32,000 nucleotides of DNA, taken from NCBI RefSeq assembly GCF_003428155.1, contig NZ_QLIR01000004.1:94050-126049 (forward strand), read 5' to 3'. The notes below the pieces were generated by a model, which ran no database searches, was not told the origin of the DNA, and worked only from the letters and a program-made list of their open reading frames with translations. Numbering within the stretch: the first letter of the stretch is position 1; the number at the start of each line of letters is the position of its first letter. The position numbers and the translations under genes were made by a program. Shown here in pieces: positions 1-7,574 of this stretch. Source of the stretch: Fastidiosibacter lacustris. GTDB taxonomy: Bacteria > Pseudomonadota > Gammaproteobacteria > Francisellales > Francisellaceae.

Positions 1-903
<903 letters not shown>

Positions 904-914
904 AGGTGGATGCT

Positions 915-1367
915 ATGAATAATAAACTCATCCATGTTAATGTGGTTAGTCAAGAAGGCTCTGTTTATAAAGCCGAGGCTAAAATGGTTAGCTTACGTGG
1001 TTCAGAGGGTGAAATGGGTATTGCTTATGGACATACTCAGCTTTTGTCGACTCTACCACCAGGTGTCGTCCGCATTGAACGTGAAAATGATGAAAGAGAC
1101 ACACTTTACATTTCTGGTGGTGTGCTTGAAGTTCAGCCTCACCAGGTCATCATTCTTGCTGATGTGATGGAGCGTGCTAAAGATTTAAATGAAGCAGCTG
1201 CTGAGAAAGCACGTCAACAAGCACAAGAAGTATTAAATAAAGCCAAAGATATGGATAAGCTTGAAGTGGAGGAGGCACGTCAAATGCTAGCTGAAGCGGA
1301 AGCACGTTTAAAAGCACTTAAAATCTTGAAAGGTGTTAATGCTTACTACAACGACTCTGATCGTTAA
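915..1367 (+). CDS. atpC: F1 ATP synthase epsilon subunit
   Basis: Lies immediately after atpD. AGGTGG at 904-909 favours ATG 915 over the GTG 906 start of the ORF track. Has the epsilon-type block EGEMGIAYGHTQLLSTLPPGVVRI and a helical, Ala/Glu/Lys-rich C-terminus. Confidence 0.9.
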   Translation: MNNKLIHVNVVSQEGSVYKAEAKMVSLRGSEGEMGIAYGHTQLLSTLPPGVVRIERENDERDTLYISGGVLEVQPHQVIILADVMERAKDLNEAAAEKARQQAQEVLNKAKDMDKLEVEEARQMLAEAEARLKALKILKGVNAYYNDSDR

Positions 1368-1460
1368 TGTTGTGAGAGTATTTATAAGGTAGTAGGTATT
1401 AAAACGCTTTATCTAAAAAGCGTCGATGTGTTAAGAGAGTCTGCAAAATCTTGAAACGAA

Positions 1461-1485
1461 TGCTAATAAACCGAGCTTATTAGCA
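1461..1485. terminator. Perfect 9-bp inverted repeat (tgctaataa, 7-nt loop, ttattagca) between convergent atpC and the kinase-like gene; possible bidirectional terminator
   Basis: Read directly from the sequence. The 3' arm overlaps the stop codon (1480-1482) of the minus-strand ORF. The stem is AT-rich and there is no clean U-tract, so support is weak. Confidence 0.3.
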
Positions 1486-2301
1486 TGATGCCTGCTGTAA
1501 TATCAAGATGTCGAGCAAGGTGTTTGGTTGCGGTCTATCTGCAAACTGCGTATGCAAAGTGCCGACACTTGTGTAATTATCACTGTTGAGTTTACCAATC
1601 TGAAAGGTCAGACAATGTGCTTTTGCCCATAGGATTGCTTGCGTTTGAATGACTTGAGTAGCTTTATCTTTTGCACAATCATAAGTAAGACTTTCAAAAC
1701 GTATTGCCTTAGGATGTTTATTAGGATCAAGATCATATACTCCATCGACATCTTTTAATAAAATACAACATTTAGCTTTAAGCTTATGAGCAATAAAAAG
1801 TGCGCTTAAATCAGAGCCGCCGCGACCCAGTAAACATGGTTCGTTTTTATCGTTATTTGCAATAAAACCAGGAACGACAATGACTTGTTGTAAAGCCAAA
1901 AGTGTGTTGAATGCTTTGGAATTTATGAACTTTGGTGTGGCATCGTTGTAGTCACCTTCAGCGATAATAGGGTTAGTAATGAAATCTGCTGGAATTGTTT
2001 GTTGTTGAAGTTTCTGAGTCAGATAAGCAACAGATTGCAATTCTCCAGTTGAGAGCAAAAGAGCATGTGCTTTGGTACTTACTTGAGTTTTTGTGCATAC
2101 AAAAGTTTGCTCGGATCTAATCAGGTTGTCAGTGGTATTGCCGATAGCAGAAACAACGGCAATAACTTTATATTTTCTATCGAGAAAACGTTTAATTTCT
2201 GTTACTGCATTACAAAAACAGTCAAGTGATTTTAAAATAGAGCTGCCAAACTTTAAAACGACGATTTCAGGTGGGAAACTGCTACAGCGATATTGAGTCA
2301 T
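1480..2301 (-). CDS. Amino-acid kinase family protein resembling the aspartokinase catalytic domain but lacking ACT regulatory domains
   Basis: Has VVLKFGSSIL (cf. KFGGTS) near the N-terminus and GRGGSDLSA, typical of aspartokinases. The ORF ends just after the ...VGTL... end of the catalytic domain. The start is probably ATG 2301 (MTQYRC...), because the upstream gene relic stops at 2306-2308. Confidence 0.7.
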   Translation of the reverse strand: MTQYRCSSFPPEIVVLKFGSSILKSLDCFCNAVTEIKRFLDRKYKVIAVVSAIGNTTDNLIRSEQTFVCTKTQVSTKAHALLLSTGELQSVAYLTQKLQQQTIPADFITNPIIAEGDYNDATPKFINSKAFNTLLALQQVIVVPGFIANNDKNEPCLLGRGGSDLSALFIAHKLKAKCCILLKDVDGVYDLDPNKHPKAIRFESLTYDCAKDKATQVIQTQAILWAKAHCLTFQIGKLNSDNYTSVGTLHTQFADRPQPNTLLDILILQQASC

Positions 2302-2305
2302 GTCT

Positions 2306-2513
2306 TTAAACCTTTTGTTTGTATGTTGCAACTGCCAAAACTTGATCTAAATTCTGAATGATATTAAAAGGATCTTCAAGCCCAACAGACAAATGAGCAA
2401 GTCAGTAATCAATATCAAGTTTTTTGTGTCCTTTCTCGAAATGGGTTCATGTATCATTGTGGCAGCTAAAGTTCAAAACTAGAAAGTCTTGAAAATGGTT
2501 CAAGTTGGGTATA
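2306..2513 (-). pseudogene. Relic (C-terminal ~65 codons) of a Cys/Met-metabolism PLP-dependent enzyme (cystathionine gamma-synthase/beta-lyase family)
   Basis: Minus-strand 2401-2306 reads LAHLSVGLEDPFNIIQNLDQVLAVATYKQKV*, matching the family C-terminal signature (L-x-R-L-S-V-G-L-E-D-x-x-D-L-I-x-D-L). In the same frame, upstream, EKGHKKLDIDY is followed by a TGA. Shifted frames give TLAATMIHEPISRK (cf. E. coli MetB HAATMTHAGM, recalled from memory) and FSRLSSFEL. There is no start codon, and the N-terminal ~300 codons are absent. Confidence 0.7.
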
Positions 2514-2574
2514 TTAAAATATAGGCATATGATAACATGCCGTGGATGAATTTAATTAAACCTAAAGGTGAAAT

Positions 2575-3090
2575 ATGGCTAAAGGTACAATCAATAAAGT
2601 AATATTATTAGGGCGTTTAGGAGCGGACCCAGAAATTCGTTATATGCCAAGTGGGATGTCGGTTGCAAATTTACGCTTAGCAACAAATGATGGCTATAAG
2701 GATCGCCAAACAGGTCAGTTTATTGAAAACACTGAATGGCATCGTGTTGTTGTATTTGGTAAGCAAGCAGAAGTAATTTCGCAGTATACACAAAAAGGCT
2801 CAATCATTTATATTGAAGGTCGAATTCGCACTAACAAGTGGCAAGATCAAAATGGTCAAGATCGTTATACAACTGAAATTGTTGCAACTGAAATACAATT
2901 AATTGGTGGTCGTGGAGATGGTCAAATTCAAGATTCAGCACCTGCTCAACCACAGCAGTCTCAAGCACAATTTGCTCAGCCATCAGCGCAACCAGCAGCA
3001 CCTGCATATAACCAACAGGCAGCTCAGAATCAAACGCCACCAGATATCAATCAATTAAATGATTTTGATGATGACGAGATCCCATTTTAA
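2575..3090 (+). CDS. ssb: Single-stranded DNA-binding protein
   Basis: Has an OB-fold N-terminus (INKVILLGRLGADPEIRYMPSG, WHRVVVFGKQAE), a Gln/Pro/Ala-rich linker and the acidic tip DFDDDEIPF. AAAGGTG lies upstream of the ATG. Confidence 0.96.
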   Translation: MAKGTINKVILLGRLGADPEIRYMPSGMSVANLRLATNDGYKDRQTGQFIENTEWHRVVVFGKQAEVISQYTQKGSIIYIEGRIRTNKWQDQNGQDRYTTEIVATEIQLIGGRGDGQIQDSAPAQPQQSQAQFAQPSAQPAAPAYNQQAAQNQTPPDINQLNDFDDDEIPF

Positions 3091-3092
3091 TT

Positions 3093-3695
3093 ATGCTAAA
3101 TGAATTTATCACGCTAACAGCAACAGATTCCATTTATTGGGATATTAAATATAGTCATAATGGGAATATTGTTGGACGCAAAATTAGCGGTTATTATGCA
3201 AATAAGTGTATGATGACGAAAAGTTGCTTTAGTGCACTGCAAAAAGTCACGGCTTCAGCTAAACGCTTAGGATATAGTTTATTAATTTGGGATGCCTATC
3301 GCCCTAAAAAAGCGGTAATCGATTTTTGGCACTGGTCTCAGAATTTAAGTGATAATGGTACTAAAGCACAATATTATCCTAATTTGTCTAAGGGTGAGTT
3401 ATTTGCCAAAGGCTATTTCAATAAAACCTCAAACCATTGTAGTGGTAGCACAGTCGATTTAACATTAATAAACAAAAGTGGTAAAGAGCTTGATATGGGA
3501 ACGTGCTTTGATTTTATGGATCCATTGTCACATCCACATAACTTGTGTGTTTCTAAAGTTGTGCAAGGTAATCGTAAACTTTTGCAAGGCATGATGATAG
3601 ATGCAGGTTTTGAGCCAATAGACACTGAATGGTGGCATTTTCGCTTATCTGATGAGCCTTTTGAAAATCAAATGTTTGATTTTGATATTATTTAA
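3093..3695 (+). CDS. ddpX: D-alanyl-D-alanine dipeptidase, VanX/DdpX type (peptidase M15D)
   Basis: 200 aa. Has SNHCSGSTVDL (SxHxxGxAxD zinc block) and EWWHF (catalytic Glu/His block), plus WDAYRP. The ATG lies 2 nt after the ssb stop. Confidence 0.85.
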   Translation: MLNEFITLTATDSIYWDIKYSHNGNIVGRKISGYYANKCMMTKSCFSALQKVTASAKRLGYSLLIWDAYRPKKAVIDFWHWSQNLSDNGTKAQYYPNLSKGELFAKGYFNKTSNHCSGSTVDLTLINKSGKELDMGTCFDFMDPLSHPHNLCVSKVVQGNRKLLQGMMIDAGFEPIDTEWWHFRLSDEPFENQMFDFDII

Positions 3696-3745
3696 ATTAG
3701 TATTGATCCATTAATTTGCTGATCAAAATAAGGATGTGAATCAGG

Positions 3746-4471
3746 ATGGGTAACAATGTTGAAATTAAAAAAAGCAAAGATTATCTGGAAGCGGTGTTGA
3801 TGGACCAAGACAATTCAGCACTAGCTGAATTTTTGTTGCCAAATTGTTTGGCGTTAACCGACTATGGCATTGCCTTTGGTCAAGAAGAAATTGCAATGGA
3901 TTTGAATTTTTTCTTCCAATCAATAGATGTTAAATCGATTAAATTCTCCGAACAGATGCATTGTGCTGATACTACTATCATTACATTTTCGGAGCGCTGT
4001 CAACACATTGGTGAATTTTGCGGAGTGGAAGCCACAGGTAAAGATTTTATTTTTAATGCAACGATTGCACTTCGTTGGCAAGAAGGCAAGATTCGAGAAT
4101 ATTCATTAACTCCAGATGTGAATGGTATGCTCAATCAATTAACGGACAATAATACAGCCACTAAAATTATGTTAGCTTTATCTGAATCAAATAATCGCTG
4201 TTACACCTTGTTGACCAAGTTGTATGCCTTAGTGCATGAAAAAGGACTGTGCTTAACCAAACAGCAACTCAAGTGCTTAGCATTACATTTTGAGGGCTAT
4301 AGTGCTGTGGTCAGTGCACGTATTTTAAATTGTTCGATTGAGACGGTTAGAACGCACATGAAAAATATTCGTGAGTTGTATCGAAACGGCTTTTTAGGTA
4401 ATATTGAAAATTGGTTTAAACAGCAAGGTTTGTACAGCTATATGCGCCGCTACGCTAAGCTTATGCGTTAA
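3746..4471 (+). CDS. Transcriptional regulator: N-terminal SnoaL-like (NTF2-fold, ester-cyclase-like) domain fused to a C-terminal LuxR/FixJ-type HTH
   Basis: The N-terminal half ends with CQHIGEFCGVEATGKDFIFNATIALRWQEGKIREYSLTPDVNGMLNQL, matching the SnoaL pattern THxGEFxGIxPTGKxV...GKIxExW...D...LxQLG. The C-terminus has LTKQQLKCLALHFEGYSAVVSARILNCSIETVRTHMKNI, a LuxR-type HTH. Confidence 0.7.
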   Translation: MGNNVEIKKSKDYLEAVLMDQDNSALAEFLLPNCLALTDYGIAFGQEEIAMDLNFFFQSIDVKSIKFSEQMHCADTTIITFSERCQHIGEFCGVEATGKDFIFNATIALRWQEGKIREYSLTPDVNGMLNQLTDNNTATKIMLALSESNNRCYTLLTKLYALVHEKGLCLTKQQLKCLALHFEGYSAVVSARILNCSIETVRTHMKNIRELYRNGFLGNIENWFKQQGLYSYMRRYAKLMR

Positions 4472-4760
4472 TTGTAAGAAGTTTCTTACTCTGAATGAAG
4501 TATGCCGCCAAACTAGGTAAAAACTTGCATCTTCGACACTTTAGTCCTGAGTGTAAACTCCTTTTAGGAAAAGCAGGTAATATGGTTGAAGCTAATGTTT
4601 TAGAGGATCCAGATTATCATGTCGCTTCTAATAAATTGGGATAAAATATTTTGTAAATAACTTTAACATTACTTTAACATAAACATTATTTTTTTTAGGG
4701 ACTCTGCTTTATATTCCTTATAAGATAAATCTCGGGTTAACAAAAATAAGGAACTTTTAT

Positions 4761-6155
4761 ATGCTGATCAAAAATAAACCGGTCACACTCACTTTCTTCA
4801 TAACTCTCTTTCAAACTATGAGTACAGGAGTGATGTTTAGCTTAACTGTTTTGTATTTAACTTTATCACTTAATGTCAGTGAGGCAGAGGCATATATGCT
4901 TAACACTGCTTTATTCTCGCTATTTTACTGCTTACCGCTTATCTCTGGGATGGTTGCTGACAAGTTTTTAGATGCCAAACGTACACTTATTATTGGACAA
5001 CTTTTTAGTATCGTTGGTTTTTTCACTTTAGCGAGCATGGGCACCAATATGCTTGTTGTGAGTTTAAGCTGTATTGCCATTGGTGGGGCTTTTTACTTAC
5101 CTAGCATCTGGAAGCTTTTGCATAGCTGCTTTCCTGAACACAATAGTAAGCGATCATATTATTTTACCGTTGCCTACATCAGCCTTGCAACAGGAGGGAT
5201 GATTTCAACTTTTAGCTCTGGATTTATTGCGGATCATTTTGGTTATCATACCGCTTTTTATATTGGTGGAATTTATAATGTCATCGCTTTAGTTTTGTTT
5301 ATTTTATTTCACCGAATTTACCCACGCTCGTCCTATCAGTTTTCTTTAGCTAAAATCGGCTATAGCGTTTGTATACTTATCCTTACCTTTGCGGCTGTTC
5401 ATTACCTTATTCAAAGACCAAACACTGCTGCGATGGTTATTTACATTGCTGCAATTGCACTATTTTTTTACTTTTTATATCTTGCCAAAACTGCCGATAA
5501 TGCCAATCAAACAAAGGGGATTCTTAAGTTTGTAATTTTATGTTTAATCTGTGTGACTTACTGGAGCATTGCCACACTGTCGCAAACTAACATTACCTTA
5601 TTCTCTCAATATAACCTTAATCGTTATATTTTTGGAATTATTTATCCAGCTGGTTCTGTTATTACTTTTTGGTATATCAGTATGTTTATCTGTGCCATTG
5701 CGGTCAGTACGCTATGGTATCGCAATATCAAGCACAATGCCTTTGATTTGAAATTTTTTATTGGACTTGTTGTCACTGCTATAGCAGGTATCACCATTCC
5801 TATCTCGATTGGCTTATCAGCCTCAGGCGCACAGGTTGCATTTTTCTGGATCATTATATTTTTCTTTTTCTTGGGTTTTGGAGAAATTCTTATTCATCCA
5901 AATGGCAGTGCTGCCGCTGGAGAATATATCACAGAAAAAAACAGGGGATTTGCACTTGGTGCTTGGGAGTTTTCAAGTGGTTTAGGTGTTGCTATTTCAG
6001 GGAAGCTCTCAATACTTACTATTACTGATGATAAGCAAACAAATCTCTTGCTGAGTAATCAAGCTTATAGTCGCACTTTCCTGTATATCGCGATTATTTG
6101 CTTTGCTTTTGGGGTTGTGACATATCTTGTTAATCGGCTACTCAAAACGCACTAA
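4761..6155 (+). CDS. Polytopic membrane transporter, divergent POT/PTR2-like (di/tripeptide permease family) MFS member
   Basis: 464 aa and about 12-14 hydrophobic spans. Has POT-like blocks (ISGMVADKFLDAKRTLIIGQ and KRSYYFTVAYISLATGGMIS, cf. ADRxLGxRxTI and RDxxFxxFYMxINLG). The canonical N-terminal ExxER motif is not evident. Confidence 0.6.
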   Translation: MLIKNKPVTLTFFITLFQTMSTGVMFSLTVLYLTLSLNVSEAEAYMLNTALFSLFYCLPLISGMVADKFLDAKRTLIIGQLFSIVGFFTLASMGTNMLVVSLSCIAIGGAFYLPSIWKLLHSCFPEHNSKRSYYFTVAYISLATGGMISTFSSGFIADHFGYHTAFYIGGIYNVIALVLFILFHRIYPRSSYQFSLAKIGYSVCILILTFAAVHYLIQRPNTAAMVIYIAAIALFFYFLYLAKTADNANQTKGILKFVILCLICVTYWSIATLSQTNITLFSQYNLNRYIFGIIYPAGSVITFWYISMFICAIAVSTLWYRNIKHNAFDLKFFIGLVVTAIAGITIPISIGLSASGAQVAFFWIIIFFFFLGFGEILIHPNGSAAAGEYITEKNRGFALGAWEFSSGLGVAISGKLSILTITDDKQTNLLLSNQAYSRTFLYIAIICFAFGVVTYLVNRLLKTH

Positions 6156-6191
6156 GCGATACTTTATACGGATTTTTTATCAGCAGGAATC

Positions 6192-6209
6192 CCCTTCCTT
6201 TAGGGAGGG
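6192..6209 (+). promoter_or_regulatory. Stem-loop cccttcc-ttta-gggaggg whose 3' arm is the Shine-Dalgarno-like purine run directly before ATG 6213
   Basis: Read directly: a 7-bp stem (one G-U pair) with a 4-nt loop. The 5' arm CCUUCC mimics the anti-SD. The sequence continues gggagggaggATG. Confidence 0.35.
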
Positions 6210-6212
6210 AGG

Positions 6213-6335
6213 ATGTCAAATCTGAGTATTGCGCGATTTTTACTAATATCCACCAATATCCCCCGATATCCCCCAATATTTTGGTATTACATTATATTTA
6301 TGTTTTGTTATCATAGACCCAATAGCAGATGCTAG
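6213..6335 (+). CDS. Possible 40-aa hydrophobic peptide (MSNLSIARFLLISTNIPRYPPIFWYYIIFMFCYHRPNSRC)
   Basis: Found by manual translation; too short for the ORF track. A strong purine-rich SD (GGGAGGGAGG) sits immediately upstream. Has an aromatic/hydrophobic core. No family was recognised. Confidence 0.2.
   Translation: MSNLSIARFLLISTNIPRYPPIFWYYIIFMFCYHRPNSRC
6246..6280 (+). repeat. 3.5 tandem copies of a 10-bp unit (ATATCCACCA ATATCCCCCG ATATCCCCCA ATATT)
   Basis: Read directly. The period of 10 bp is one helical turn. The repeat lies in the 365-bp intergenic region between the transporter and the methyltransferase, inside the putative 40-codon ORF. Confidence 0.8.
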
Positions 6336-6520
6336 TAAATGTTGTTTTTGCGATGGGGGTCGACAAAGTACAGCGTTTCTGAGAATATGCAATAGCATGT
6401 TTTCAGAAGCTGTCTGTGCTTTATGTATATGTTTGTAGATTATACGTATTTTTAAAGATAAAATTATAAGAATATGTTATACAATTTTATAAAAATTAAA
6501 AATACAGATGGAGTGACTAA

Positions 6521-7273
6521 ATGGCCACGATTCACACACCTAAACAATATGCCGAAATTTATAAAATCTTGCAAAAACATGACAACTCCAAGCAAATTAT
6601 AACCCATATCCAAAACACTATTTTGCCCTATATTGAAAAGCAGTATTTTCTTGATATTGGTGCAGGAGAAGGCAAAATAACTCAGCATTTTATTTCACAA
6701 TTTCAAAATAATACAGCGATTGAACCTAACTCTAACTATACAAAAATACTACAAAATTTTCCCCAATTGACTGTCATCAACGATATCTTTCAAAACACTT
6801 TTCTGTCACACAAGTATAACTTTATTTTATGTTCTCACGTTATGTACCACGTTGCAGAGCAAGAATGGGAAAGGTTTGTTTTAAAAGCCTATGATCAACT
6901 TGAAGAAAAAGGTAGATTGATGTTTGTAGTACCCTCTGACCAAGGTGTGCATTATGATAAATGTATCAGCTATAACCCATATTACAAATGCTATAAATTA
7001 TTGAAAAATATTGCACACAAATATGAGATCCCCTATCAGGTTACAATTGATAAAGCATTTTATAATACAGAAACCTTGGAAGAAATGTATCAAATTTGTC
7101 GCTTTTCTATCGTTGAAGATAGCTTTAATTATGACATGTACCAACAGTTGCTTAACAATGGCATAGCTGAATTTGATAGAGATGTGCTAAATTATGCAAA
7201 AAGTACAAAAATTAACGATACACTTTATTCACTTGTCATTCATCCTGCTTTTGTTACCTTATACAAAAGTTAG
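6521..7273 (+). CDS. Class I SAM-dependent methyltransferase (small-molecule/protein type, substrate unknown)
   Basis: Has motif I FLDIGAGEGKIT and a post-I/II pattern (FNFILCSHVMYHV, GRLMFVVP). No DPPY/NPPY DNA-methyltransferase motif is present. Confidence 0.7.
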   Translation: MATIHTPKQYAEIYKILQKHDNSKQIITHIQNTILPYIEKQYFLDIGAGEGKITQHFISQFQNNTAIEPNSNYTKILQNFPQLTVINDIFQNTFLSHKYNFILCSHVMYHVAEQEWERFVLKAYDQLEEKGRLMFVVPSDQGVHYDKCISYNPYYKCYKLLKNIAHKYEIPYQVTIDKAFYNTETLEEMYQICRFSIVEDSFNYDMYQQLLNNGIAEFDRDVLNYAKSTKINDTLYSLVIHPAFVTLYKS

Positions 7274-7574
7274 CCCATCAATATTGAGAGTCGTTACAAG
7301 TCAATTTTCGTTATATTTTACTCTTGTTTTCAACTACCTTGTTAATCCCTATTGAAATCAAAACCTCTTGTCTCACACCGTTAACCACGTTAGCCAACAA
7401 AACCGTTAGAATGACCCGTTTTAATGACTTGTTGATAGTAAATTTAGTGCAAAGGCTGTTATGGCTTGTAAAAGGAGAGCAAATAGAAACCAGTAATTTT
7501 AGTTAAATTATTACGGTTACTAAGGTGTATAAAATTAATTTATACTATCGCTGGATTAAATTTTAACATGGATT

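Noticed and set aside
2505-2574. Palindromes upstream of ssb (tatatt-aa-aatata; ggcat-N8-atgcc) considered as an SOS/LexA box
   Set aside because: Neither matches the gammaproteobacterial CTGT-N8-ACAG consensus. The first is simple AT-rich symmetry and the second is only 5 bp per arm.
4495-4644. 49-codon ORF ([49 protein letters not shown]) in the spacer upstream of the POT-like gene
   Set aside because: It has no Shine-Dalgarno sequence and no recognisable family. It could be a gene relic, but I cannot support that without a blastx search.
7274-7574. The 60-aa ORF 7324-7506, a 66-codon ATG-less open frame on the minus strand, and recurring CCGTTA/CGTTA motifs (7378-7423) upstream of the giant lipoprotein gene
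   Set aside because: The ORF starts at TTG without an SD. The minus-strand frame has no start codon. The CGTTA motifs have irregular spacing (about 9, 16 and 13 nt) and are short enough to arise by chance. I could not define a convincing -35/-10 pair by eye.
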